Source of the DNA: Lama glama
Lineage: Eukaryota
Assembly (NCBI GenBank): GCA_028534125.1
Contig: CM052817.1
Span: 45,696,001 to 45,760,000 of the forward strand
Length of the DNA stretch: 64,000 bases
Direction: 5' to 3'
This document shows, piece by piece, positions 14,101 to 25,824 of the stretch; the stretch's first letter is position 1; each line of letters starts with the position of its first letter. The position numbers and the translations under genes are program-made. The notes under the pieces were generated by a model. The model did no database searches and was not told the DNA's origin. It worked only from the letters and a program-made list of their open reading frames with translations.

Positions 14101-14764
14101 ACTGGGCCTTTGAAATAAAAAATTGCAATTCTTTGGGACTTTGGTCCCTAGTAAACTGTGAGCTCTTCTGTGAGAATTGTCTTGTTTATTTTAAGTGTTC
14201 TCCCTCTCTCCTTCCACGTCTACCAGGGTTTCCATTCACAGTGCTTGTCTAGCAATTGTTAAAAGATGTTCATTTCTCCTCAGTCACAGCATTTCTTTGA
14301 CCTCAGCTGGTCATGTGTGGCTCTGTCCCAAATATCCTCCTCTGAGTCCATGCCCCTGGCAGGACTACTCAGGGAAGGAACGGTCTAAAGTTCCATTTTC
14401 CCCTCCCCTTTCTGACTGATATCACCTTACGGTTTCTTAATCAAGAGGGCAAATGTTCCCACTAAGGCCTTTTCCTGCCCAGTGCCCTAAAATTTACGGT
14501 CTTCACGTCAATGTCAGATGCAAGTGACCTCAGAAAAGACCCTAAATCTCTCTCCATCGTAATTTCCAAGATTGCAAAATCAAGATAAAAATAATACCAT
14601 CTTCAGAGGGTTCCTGGGAGAATAAAAACAAATGTGACGTTCCATAAGATTGATTGTCTTTCCCACGTATCAGTGACTCTAAAGAATAAGCACATTCTCT
14701 CCAACCCCCCACCCTACTTTCTTGCCTGAGGTAAACACTTCGTCAATACACTGAGCAAAGTCAT

Positions 14765-14990
14765 GATAACAACTGACATTTCCTGAGTACTCACTCCCTG
14801 CCAGGGACTGTTCTTAGCACTTTATATGTCATTTCATTTAATCCCCACAAGAACCATGTACAATAGAGCCTATTTTATGCTCATTTTACAGATGAGGAAA
14901 AAATAAGGGTACACAGGGATGAAGTAATTTGCCCAAAGTCAGGAGCCAGAATTGAAACCTAGGAAGCTCAACCCAGAGCCGTGCTGTTCA
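14765..14990 (-). mobile_element. MIR SINE
   Basis: tttcatttaatccccacaagaacc...ctcattttacagatgaggaaa...aagtaatttgcccaaagtca. Confidence 0.85.
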
Positions 14991-15266
14991 TCCCTTTGCT
15001 TATTCAGCTTCATTCATTTACACTCCCTGTGATCTACGCAAAGACAAACCGTAAAGATTGGCTGCAATTAATTAACTATCTTGGGGAAATTATTAAGAGA
15101 CTGAAAATTTGTAAAGTTTGCTCTCTTGGACATTCTTGTGCATTATAATTCAGCACAGGTGTTGCACTCCAAAATTCAGATCTAACCCATTGTGTCTGGT
15201 TAACTGAACGGTACTCATAGCATCTTAGTGGCGTCAAGGACACCGATGTTCTAGACACAGACTCAC

Positions 15267-15968
15267 CTGAGCTTAGCGCATGCTCCACTTCCTGCATGAT
15301 CACCCTGGGGGAGGCGGTGGTGGTCTCGATGTCTATCAGCACACAGGTCACTTTGGCTGGCACAGTTGCTTGGGGTGTCGTCTCCGTGAGCACCAGTTCA
15401 GCTGAGGCATGTGAAGTAGGTGTGTGGCTAGAGCTGTGCTCCTCCGCTGGGGACTCTGGGGTGGTTGGGGCTCCTGTAAACTTGGTGCTGGTCTCAGTCG
15501 AGGTCTGATTGATGCTGACGGACGCAGAAGGAACCTCCGGCGGTGAGGTTGATGGGGGTGAGGGTGATGAGGCTGGTGCTTGAGGGGAGGTGAGTGCGGG
15601 AGACTCAGTGGGGGGCTGTGACCCTGTAGCTGGCACCCTGGCCTCAGGAAAGTCTGAGCTGTGTTCCTCAGGCGTCGGGGTTAAGTGGGCTCCACCGCTA
15701 GTTGGTGAGGGGTCTGTGTTTGTGCCTTCCCAGTTGGAGGCTGGACTGGTGGGCTCCTCTTCTCTGGGCTCTATGGAAACGTTCTTGGTGGGTGGAGATG
15801 TCTGGGCTGATGCTGTAATCGGGAGGACTGGGTTGCTGGGCGTGTCACTGGCTGGGGACGCAGGAGGCCTTTGTGGAGAGCTGGTCCAGACTGTTGTCAG
15901 TGGCGTGATGCTTGCAGGAAGAGAAACAGGTGAGAGGGCAGATGCAGACACGCTCTGTACCGTCAGTC
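15267..15968 (-). CDS. PARM1: PARM1 exon 2 (internal coding exon): end of signal peptide plus Ser/Thr/Pro-rich mucin-like ectodomain
   Basis: Translation [11 protein letters not shown]...[12 protein letters not shown]...[11 protein letters not shown]...[15 protein letters not shown] matches PARM1 as I recall it (human [12 protein letters not shown] and [20 protein letters not shown]). Minus-strand acceptor is ctcttccgcag|GA (AG at 15970-15969) and donor is TCAG|gtgagt (GT at 15266-15265). Length is 702 nt, a multiple of 3, phase 1 at both ends. Confidence 0.96.
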
Positions 15969-16390
15969 CTGCGGAAGAGCCAGTACAAACGCGGTCAATG
16001 TATGAAAACCTGCACGGCAAGGCTGTTTTATAGCAGTTTCACAGGTTTTTTTTTCATTTTACACCGTGCCTCTGCAATTGTGAAGGTCATTTTTAAACCC
16101 CCCACCCCCAATTGCTCTCTTCTCCCTTTGTGACTATGGGTAGGAACCAGAGTGAAGTCTCAGCTGGAGCAGTTATGGGTCAGTCAACGCAAATTCAGCC
16201 ATTACATGGCGTGAACTAATCTTCTCTCCTGCTTACTTAAATCTGTGCTCTTAAAAACTGAGACACTCTGCAGAACTGACTTGATGAAAATTTCTCTGGA
16301 TTGCTCTAGGGTCTGCTCCACAATGACTGGGGATGCCCAGCCTGTGTGCTGAGCATGGGGAAGGCGTGGTTGGTGAGCCCAAAGCTGGAG

Positions 16391-16470
16391 GAGCTCACTG
16401 ATTGGCTGGTCCCTGTCAGAAGAGTTCACTGATTGGTTGGTCCCTGTCAGAGGAACTCATTGATTGGCTG
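16391..16470. repeat. 31-bp tandem repeat, ~2.6 copies, each with TGATTGG (CCAAT box)
   Basis: gagctcactgattggctggtccctgtcagaa / gagttcactgattggttggtccctgtcagag / gaactcattgattggctg. Confidence 0.92.
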
Positions 16471-16899
16471 TTGCTTGCTTCTAGGTTTTGAGTCCTGCAA
16501 CTACGCACAGGGGTGCAAAGGGTAATGGGTTTGCCCCAATGGGGTGAATAAAAGTGTGAGCACATTTCCTGTTGGGGAAAAAAGAGGGAGGTAACAGAAT
16601 AAAAGCCTAGGGGAGGAAGGAATCTGAAGTTTGGAAATATTTTCTTAGACTAGAACCTAGTTCTCCCAAATTCTAGCCAAGGGTCTTTACCATCATGTAA
16701 TTTTAACAAATATTCTCTTTCATGTTTTGTAAGACTTAGAGTTTCCTTTCTGAGTTTCCTTTCTTCTTTCCTCCCTACCTCCATTTGCCCATTCAGTTCC
16801 ATTCATTCATTCATTCATTCATTCAAGTATTTAATAAATGGCTTCTAAGTACTAGTGGTCTGCTGGACACTAAGTTTATGATTTCACTTTTCAGGGAAC

Positions 16900-17470
16900 T
16901 CTTGATGCCTCCCCATATCTCTTCTCATTCCTCAACGGGCTTTTCTCCTACTCATTTCTATCTCAGTGGATGGCACTTCCTTTCCATTGGCTACTGAGTT
17001 CAAAATCCAGACATTGTCCTTGATGCGTCTCTTTCCCTCACCACTTCCCCACCCCAACTCCCAACCAGCAAATCATGATGACTCTACCGTGAAAATACAT
17101 CCAAATCCGATCCCTCCTCACCACCTCCCTTATTATCTCAGCATCACCTGAGCCACCAGTCACTCGCCTGGACAATGCCACAGGCTCTTAGTGGATCTTC
17201 TAGCACCCAGGTTTCCTCCCTTTCAGTCTACTTTTCACATAGCACCAGTATGATATTTTAAATTGGCAAATCAGATTAACCAATCAAAACTCTCCAAAGA
17301 TTGTACTTAGAATAAAATCAAAAACTCCTCCCCTATGTCATCATCCCATGTTCTCCTCATTTCCGTTGGTCTCTACTCAAATGTCACCTCCTCTGAGACT
17401 TCCTAGACAGTCCTAACTAAAATCATTCTTACTCCAACCCCTTGCTTATTTTTAAAAATTAAAAAAATTG

Positions 17471-17502
<32 letters not shown>

Positions 17503-18370
17503 TATAAATGCTATATTTACAACATTTTAACCATTTAAAGTGTACAATTCCTTGGCATTTGAGTACATTCTCATTATTTTTCAACCATCAACACCATCCA
17601 TCTTCAGAACTTTTTCATCTCTTCAAACTGAAACTCTGTATCCATTAAACAATAACTCTCTATTCTTCCCTTCCATTCCTTTCTCCAGCCCCTGGAAACC
17701 ACTATTCTACTTTCTATCTCCATGAATTTGACTGCTTTGGGTACCTCATGTAAGTAGAATCATACAATATTTGTCCTCTTGTGACTGCCTTATTTCATTT
17801 ATTAGTACAATATATTCAAGTTTCATCCATATTACAGCACATGTCAGAATCTCCCTCCTTTTTAAAGCTGAATAATATTCTGTTACATGCATGCACCACA
17901 TTTTCTTTATCCATCCATTGATGGGCACTGGGTTGCTTCCCTCTTTTGGCTATTGTGCTGTTCTGAATACGAGTGTACAAATACCTGTTTGAGACCATGG
18001 TTTAAATTCTTTTGGGGTACATACCTAACAGTGGAATTGTTGGCTCCTACAGTAATTCTATGTTTAATTTTTTGTGGAACCATCATAGGCTTTTCTCTTT
18101 TTTTTCAATTTTGTTTTTCATAAAATAAATAAATTAAAGCAATTTCTTCCTGAAACTACATATTCTTTATTTGCTTATTATCTCTCTTCTCCCAGAGTAT
18201 AAGCTCCATATGGGTGCAGGGACCTGGTCTTATTCATTGCTGTTTCCTCCAAGTCTAGGACAGTGCTTAGGTCATTGTAATTGCTCAAAAAGTACTTGTG
18301 GAAAGAAGGAAGGAAGGAAGGAGGGAGAAAAGGAGGGAGATAAGAAAGGAGGGTGGAAAAATGAATTAAC
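16900..18370 (+). mobile_element. L2 LINE fragment interrupted by an L1
   Basis: cctggacaatgccacaggctc...tactcaaatgtcacctcctctgaga; resumes after the L1 with agagtataagctccatatgggtgcagggacc...cagtgcttagg...gctcaaaaagtacttgtggaaagaa. Confidence 0.7.
17510..18090 (-). mobile_element. Old L1 (L1MB-like) 3' fragment nested in L2
   Basis: ttaaccatttaaagtgtacaattc...caaactgaaactctgtatccattaaacaataactc...gctgaataatattc. Minus-strand ORF INGWIKKMWCMHVTEYYSALKRREI resembles the L1 ORF2 C-terminus (WIKKMWYIYTMEYYSAIK). Confidence 0.9.
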
Positions 18371-19334
18371 TTAAGAATTTTATTTAAAAAAAACCCCAGT
18401 ATTTCTCTACTCTCTTTTACATATCATATCACTTAGTATGGCCACAGCCATCAGAGCTGCCTCAAGGAGGGCTGCCTATCTGGTGTTATCTGAGGGCAAG
18501 AATCTTGCTTAAAATGTCAACCTCTGTCCTTCTACGTGTCCATGTACATGTATGTGCCTGATGCGTTGTTAGGTCTTCAACTATTTAACCCTCCAAACTC
18601 TGGGGAAATTTTCTTGGGGGTAGCATATAGATAACAGTCAAACATGATCTAGATTCACAAGGAATAAAACATAGGCTAGATTTTAGCACAGAGGAAGGGA
18701 AAGCAGAGACATGCAAAGAAATTCAGGCACTTGAGATTAAATCTGCTCACTTCTTCATTCATCTGCACAACAGATTCAGTAGCTGATGGGAAACTGTGCT
18801 ACAGAGTCTAACCTGAAAATACAGTTTTCTCAAAATGAAACTGAATCTAACACTTGGATTGTTATCAAAATTACTGGCTTTATTTTATTTAAAAGGAGTT
18901 GGTGAAGACTGTAAACCACAGGAGGGGTTCTCTCCTAGTAAACAGAGGGGCAGACCTCCCAAATTAAACCACATAATAGTCCATGTTTCTATGGTGGACT
19001 TTGGGCAGCTGTGAAGTGTCAATAATTTCAGGATGAATACAGACCAAGGGATCTTTGAAATATGGACAAAATAACAGTTGGGACAAATATTATTAAAACA
19101 CTGAATCTTCACATATGACCTTAGAGCTTACTGGCTCTGCATCCTGGTAGCTCCCATGACTCATTAAAGATTCTGAGGCCAAAGGGGGAAAAATGACAAT
19201 GTTTAACTACTGTTCATAGTATCATATAATAGATGGGCAGATGGAGGTAGAGAAAGCCTCAGTCTGGTAGCTGAATCAGTCTTTGGAAGCTTGGGATGAA
19301 TGGGGAATGAGTCATATGCAAAGGAGCAGGACTT

Positions 19335-19640
19335 TATTCATTCATTCATTCATTCAAGCTTTCATTGAGTAGTTTCTATGGCCATGGCCTTGCTCTTGGA
19401 GAGTTCACTATCTAGCAGGGCAGACAGGACATCCAACTTCCTGTAATGTGATGTGATAAGTGCCTTGTGGAAGTAAATGCAAATTGGAACGGGAGCCCCA
19501 AGGAAAGATGAATATTCTGTACGGAGACCATGGAATGCAAAAATACACAAAAGTTATTTTCAAATGACATTTAGAAAAGTCACAGAAGAGATGACATTTG
19601 AGTTGGTTCTGAAAGGATGAGAACACACAAGGTGTCATTA
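19335..19640 (-). mobile_element. L2 LINE 3' fragment
   Basis: (ttca)n tail, ccttgctcttggagagttcactatctag, gagatgacatttgagttgg. Confidence 0.65.
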
Positions 19641-19800
19641 AAGTACATGATGTTCAGGGTGACACGTGTGTTGTCATTTCCAGTGGAGCTAAAAGCTGTA
19701 TTATGGAAATCACTATAGTGCTGAAAATGACATGCTCCAGGAATTGGTTTTGTTGCTGGAGAAGTTCATGCTCTTGTTTTACTCTGATTAATATACCTTT

Positions 19801-20306
19801 TTTTCCCTCATTTTTCAAAATCGAAGTATAGTCAGTTTACAATGTTGTGTCAATTTCTGGTGTACGGTATAATATTTCAGTCATACATATACATACCTAT
19901 ATTTCTTTCCATATTCTTTTTGATTATAGGTTACTACAAGATATTAAATATAGTTCCCTGTGTTATACAGTGGAAACTTATTGTTTTTCTATTTTATATG
20001 TAGCATTTAGTATCTACAAATCTCAGACTCCCAATTTATCCCTTCCCACTCCCTTCCTCCTCAGTAACCATAAGTTTGTTTTCTATGCCTGTGAGTCTTT
20101 TTCTGTTTTGTAAATAAGTTCATTTGTGTTTTTTTTAATGATTCCACATATAATTGATGCCATATCATATGGCAGTTTTCTTTCTCTGTCTGGCTTACTT
20201 CATTTATATGGTATGATAATCTCCAGGTCCATCTGTGTTGCTGCAAATTTCATTCTTTTTTATGGTTGAGTAATATTCCATCATATACTACAACTTCTTT
20301 ATCCTA
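19801..20306 (-). mobile_element. 5'-truncated artiodactyl-type L1 3' end
   Basis: gaagtatagtcagtttacaatgttgtgtcaatttctggtgtac...gtaaccataagtttgttttctatg. TSD actctgattaatatac (19781-19796) / actctgactaatatac (20307-20322). Confidence 0.9.
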
Positions 20307-20615
20307 ACTCTGACTAATATACTTTTATAACTCCTACCTTTCCTGCTTCCAAAGAGGACTGAGGAGGTCGTTCATTTTCCATGGCTACCTCCTTAGTTAT
20401 TTAAAGTACTTTACAGTCTAGTTCAGGTAATTCTGACTCCTAACAAAACAACAGTGCACGGAATTGTGGGACAACAATGATTATCTTCACTTGAACAAGG
20501 CATTAAAAGCCTCTTCTTTGCCTTATTTGTTGTTGCATTCCAAATTTCTCTGAGTGCAGGAGGGTGGGTCTTCTTTCAGCATGAAGATACTGTGACTACC
20601 CTAGAGAATGCCTGC

Positions 20616-20975
20616 TGTCCTAGTCAGCTCAGGCTGCCAGAACCAAACACCATAGACTGAGTGACTTTAACGACAGAAATTTACTTCTCACAGTTTGGAG
20701 GCTGGGAAGTCCCACCAAGGTGGGGGTGAATTCAGGTTCTGGTGAGAGCTCTGTTGCTGGCTTATAGGTGGCAGCCCTCTACCTGTGTCCTTGCATGGCC
20801 TTTCATTGGTACATGCTTGTGGAGGTGGGAAAGGGGGAAGCTCTCTTATATCTCTTCTTATAAGGATGCTAATTCCATCATAAGGCCCCAACCTCATGAC
20901 CTCATCTAACCCTAATTACTTCCTCAAAGTTCCATCTGCAAATGCCATCACATTGTAGGGGTGGGGGCTTCAATA
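20616..20975 (-). mobile_element. MaLR solo LTR (MLT1A-like)
   Basis: tgtcctagtcagctcaggctgcc...cagaaatttacttctcacagtttggaggctgggaagtcc...tcttataagg...ctcatgacctcatctaaccctaattac. Confidence 0.88.
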
Positions 20976-22149
20976 TTAAGAGTCACTGAGATAGTCTGAG
21001 GAAATATCACTATGCTTTCTCACATGTAGGACTTGTGTTTCCACAGGAAAACCAAACGAAGTCAAACAGGGTTGTATCAGGATTGAGGATTTATCTCAGG
21101 ATTTCAAAAAAATTTTTAGAGCTAGAAAGAGTCCAAGTGATACATGATTACAACCCCTCATTTGACAAATAAGGGTACAGGCACAGGAAGGGGACACGAT
21201 GTAATTGAACTGGCACATCTAAGACGGGAAGTTGGACAGTGTTGCCTGGAAAGAATAGTGTAGGGACAGAGTCCCAGCTAGAACTCCCACCCTCTGACCC
21301 ACACCGCATAGTGCCTGGCCTGGAAAAGGCTGGTAGAACATACTTTAGCAAACACCATTACAGAGTAAGCAAGGAGGAGCCCACAAGAGACTGGGCCGCT
21401 GAAGAAGTTAGAATAACGTAGTGCCCATAAACCTTCCCAACCGAAGTAGAGGGACTTTCCCCTGAAGAAAAGCCTTAGTTCTAATATTTCCTTGAGAAAA
21501 TGGCAGCATAAGTAGAATGAAGAAATTGAACCCATTAACCTCTAAATTATAGGTGAATGAGCCTTGCTCCAAAACTGAGTGACTTTGACAGATACAGTGT
21601 CACTGCCCTGGCAGTGACAGGCTCACTGGCCTGAAATGGAGTGACTCAAGGGTGGAAATCTCTTCAACTTGGCCAAGTGAGTGATCTGGGGATGCATACT
21701 ATGATGGCTAACCTAATCTGCAATTCCTCCTTGTAAGTTAACAAATGGAAGTATTTCCTGAAGTTTGGTCAGATTAAAGCTTTTACAATCAAAAATAGCT
21801 GACAGATTGTTGCTGAGAAGAAAAGCAGACTCTTGGTTGGATAGCAAATTATCTATTTCCATGTATATTGTTATTTGATATGTGAAAAAACTGTGTCTGG
21901 CTTGATCCTGGGTTTCTTGCGTTGCCAGGAGGAAAGATTTGGGGGCTGATGGCTGGGACAGGGAAGCGAGTTCCAGTGTTGAAAGGAGTGACAGGATATT
22001 GCAGTGTAGAGAGTCTGTGTTCTACACAGGTGCTCTTGCCTCCTGGCTGGACCGGGTGTCAGGAATACAGGTCTGCAGCACTGGCAATGAGTGCCATGAA
22101 TTGTCACCCACCAAGGACTAGAAGTCTCCCTATGATCCCAGCCCAGTCT

Positions 22150-22575
22150 GCCTCTTCAGCCTTCTCCCTGCCGGGTACTCAAACACACCAGGCTTTTGAT
22201 TTAGTCTATTCCTTCTACCTAAACAGCTCTCCCTCTTGTGTCTGCCTGGGTTACTCTTGTTCATCCTTCCAGGGTTAGCTTAAGGGCCTTTGCTGATTCT
22301 CCTGCTAAATCTAACCTCATCTCCACCCTCCACGTCCGTCCCAACCCCCGATGTACGCAGAGCACCTTGTATCTTATATTTACAGGACTGAAATTGGCAC
22401 GTAACTGTAATTGCTTGTGGGAAGCTTTGTTTAATGTGTGCCTCCCCCTTTAGACTCTAAGATCCACAGGAAGCAGGGACTGTAGTGGATTTACTGGTCA
22501 TATATTCTCATTGTCTGAGCCATCGTAGGAATTCAAATATACATATGTATATTTCTATATATGAATGAGTGAATG
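22150..22575 (+). mobile_element. L2 LINE 3' fragment
   Basis: ctcttgttcatccttccagg...ttagactctaagatccacaggaagcagggactg...tgaatgagtgaatga. Confidence 0.6.
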
Positions 22576-22579
22576 AGCT

Positions 22580-22745
22580 AAGCCCTTTACACATATCATC
22601 TCATTCAATCTTAACATCCTCTGTTACCTTGGCTTCATAGATGACAAAACAGAGGATCAGAAAAGTTAAGTAACTTCCCTAAGGTCACCTAGCTAGTACA
22701 AGGCACAGCTGAAGTTTGAATCTGAAACTATCTGGCTCCCAGCTA
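22580..22745 (-). mobile_element. MIR SINE
   Basis: atagatgacaaaacagaggatcagaaaagttaagtaacttccctaaggtcacctagctagta. Confidence 0.8.
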
Positions 22746-25700
22746 ACCTTATAATCATTCCACTGTCTTGTAGCAGGAAATACAAGGGTGTTTCTGAAAT
22801 CTGTGCTCCATATTAGGCAACAAATCACTAGTTTTCCTCTATCCTTCTGAATACATTCTCTAATATGGGCCACTAGAGAAGACTTTAAAAAATTACGTGA
22901 CCGTGTGAACCCCTTTCTCCCGCTTCAGTCCTGCTGTGGGCTGCCTAATGGTCTCAGGATAAATTCTGAGCTCCTTGGCATAACACGTAACACCTTTTAT
23001 GGTCTCCAACCCCACCCCTGGTGACCCCTGAGACCCAAGCAATCTGAATCAGCGTGTGCTCCTGAAATATCCCGTCTGCCTCCTTGCCCCTGTGTCTGCT
23101 GTTCTTCCCACCCTGACTCCCCTTTCTGCACCCAGTTCTGAGAACTCTGGAGTCTCACCTCCTGTATGAAGATTCTCCATCTCCTCTGTGTGGCCACCGC
23201 ACTTTATACAGACTTTGTTCGTAACACATGTTCTACTGAGCTCTCCATGGTTGTCTGGCAGCCCTAATGAGAGGGACTGCAGCTTGTTGTTTGTGTCTTA
23301 GTGCCTGGTGCGGAGAAAGTGCTCCATCAACATTCATGGAGGAAAGACACGAATTTTCTACCCTTTGAAAAACAGCAATGTTCTCTGGCTCATATTCTGG
23401 ACTGTGATTGCAGAAATGCATCCTCCTTCTGCTTTGTCTGTGAGTTCTGTAAAAAGCACTAGCTAATAGGAAATTTTGGATGGGTCTCTAAAGAGACTTT
23501 TGCTATTTTTGCTTGCATCCACTTTGGAAACTTCAGGGATTGCCTCTCTGTGTGCAGGATATAGACCAGGGTTGCCAGTTCTCGCTATGCTGATTATCAG
23601 TCAGTTGGTCCAAATGTGGGTGGGCCTTACCATCCTTGCACTGAATGGATTAAACTTCAGCAAGTACTTGGACTGAAATGATACGTATATTTTAATATGA
23701 AACCTAAATCTTTAGACTGAGGGAAGCCACTGTTTGGGACCCTCATACTTATAAAAATCCCCCATGTTCTCTTTGGTGGGGCTAAGTGCCCCCAACACTC
23801 CAGCAGGTTCATCGAACATCTGCAAAACCATGACTAATCAGTCTGGTCCAGCCAGACGGCATTTGAGAGCGCCCATATGTCTAGACAGACTGTGCGTGCC
23901 TCCAGGCCATCAAACTGTGTTTAAGAAGACACTTGTTTGAAGTCAAAGAGCCATATTCTCCTGAGGGTTTTGCTGCTGGAAATGGGATACCATTCTCATC
24001 CAGGGAAAAAAAAAGACCTTCTGTTTTCTGTCCCCCAAATCAGAACCCACAGACCTAGTGTCTGACTCAATTTCTCTATCCGTGAAATCCAGACTAATGG
24101 TCTCACCAGGCTCCCTGTGGGGGCTGTGAATGCCAGCGAGAGAAGAACACTTGTGAAGAATTTTGGTACTTCTTGGGGGAAAAAGACACCATTTTTTGTT
24201 TTTCCTTTCAACCAAGAGCAGCATCTGTCTTTCAGTCAAATTCTCCTCCAAACTCGTTATCTTTAAGTTGGGAGCAGGCCTTGGTGGTCGGCCTCAGGAG
24301 GAGGCTGTGCTGAGCAAGGAGGCCAGTAGGTACCTGAGATTCTGAAGGGGCCACTTGGGGCCGGGCAGTGGAGGCAATGAGAGACGATGGAGGCAGGGAG
24401 GGTGCCTTCTCTTTGGTCGCTTTGTGGCTGGAGGTGCACTGGGCGTGGGTCGTGGGGAGCGGGGTGGGAGAAGACGATGACTAGTATCTCCCACAGGGGG
24501 TCTTCTGGACAACTGTGTCAGGTCCTCTGCACTTCCCTTCTGTGGGCCCAGACCCAACACTGCTGGGGCTCAGGCCGAGGGGACACGCCACGGCCCACCC
24601 ACAGGGCGTGTAAGTACGCAGCTGCTCCAGGTGCCTGTGCTCCATCCAGGGCCCGCAGCCTTCTTCCGGGAGCCTCTGCTGACTGGAGACCAAGGGGCCA
24701 GGGATCTGCCGGGGCAGCTCAGGCCAGGCCAAGCCTGGGCCCACCCAGTCCCGGGATGGCGCCTGCCCTGGACACGTTGCCCAGGCTTTCCTCGGGAGCA
24801 AGCCCCCTTCCCCAGGCCTCAGAGGGGAGGGAGGGAGTGCAGGTAGCACCTTGGGTGATTTCCAGTGGCCGACATTAAACCAAGGCAGCCCCCTTTCCCG
24901 TGACCCAGAGCTGAGGCTGTGGTCTCCCCGACACATGCTCTGGCCTGGGGGCCCAATTCAGCTCAGTTTGTCCAACTGCTGACTGAAATTTCAAAAAAAT
25001 TTCTCATGCGATTGAAAAGAAAAAAACCCTCTGTGTTTGGGTGTTGTAAAATGCAGTGGTCTCTTGCCTGGTCAAAGGTCACACCCCCTTCCTTCCACCC
25101 TACCTCCTACAGGCGCAAATAACAATCAAGTCATTTCTCATACCCTGCAGCCCTGGAAAGTACCAGAACTTAAGAAAATCCATGATGTTGGCCTGCTTCG
25201 ACTCTGAACCGTTTCTCTCAGAGGATCTTTTTGAGGCTTAGAATTGCCCAAATGGCTGGGGCAGCCCTGGTGTGGTGAGAAGCCACGGCCTTCTCAGCCT
25301 AAATGCCGTTGTCCACTATATCCCGCACTTTGTCTCCAGCTCAGTGCATGCATCATCCGTGACTCCTTGTTCCACACAGCTGGAGCTCTGTAGGTGGTCG
25401 GCTCCATGGAAATCTGCCTTCGGAAGGACAGTTCTCAGAGGCATCCCAGGCTGATGCATCCTGGCGTTCTGATTGGTGAATCCGTAGCCAATTTGATTAC
25501 TCACAGGATAATGCCCATGAAATGAATTCAGATGTTGTATTCCTGTTGGCCTCCCCTCCTAAGTCCACCACTGGTCACCCAGTGGGTCAGGAAAGAGGGC
25601 AGCGATGACTCTAGTGCAAATGCTCCTCCAAGACTGGGAAGATGACTCAGGGGAAGTTTGCTCTGGGAGTGGGAAGTGGGAGAGGGCGGTGGGGGCCTTC

Positions 25701-25824
25701 TGAGAGAAGACGAATGACCCATGACATCGGTGGGCCTCCTTCCTCCTCCTGCCAACATTTTCTTCTAAGGGTTTTCTGCAAAGATGCCACTCAGCATGAG
25801 TATATATGCTTCCAAGTTTCTTTT

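Larger units (their letters stand above)
1..15266 (-). other. PARM1: PARM1 intron 2 (partial)
   Basis: Begins with the GTGAGT donor. The transmembrane exon ([26 protein letters not shown]-like) was not found in 1-15266, so it lies beyond the window start or, less likely, in the gap. Confidence 0.75.

Noticed and set aside
15969..16020. N-terminal extension [17 protein letters not shown] of the 314-aa ORF
   Set aside because: Starts at TTG and lies in the intron upstream of a clear acceptor; the 314-aa ORF is not the real protein.
15590..16033. 147-aa plus-strand ORF (and 15296-15508)
   Set aside because: Antisense shadow of the GC-rich PARM1 exon 2.
21598..21619. Perfect 10-bp inverted repeat tgtcactgcc-ct-ggcagtgaca
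   Set aside because: Length is compatible with chance in 64 kb, and it is too short for a miRNA hairpin.
24387..24936. Overlapping 151-163 aa ORFs on both strands
   Set aside because: Expected from stop-codon scarcity in GC-rich DNA; no homology recognised.
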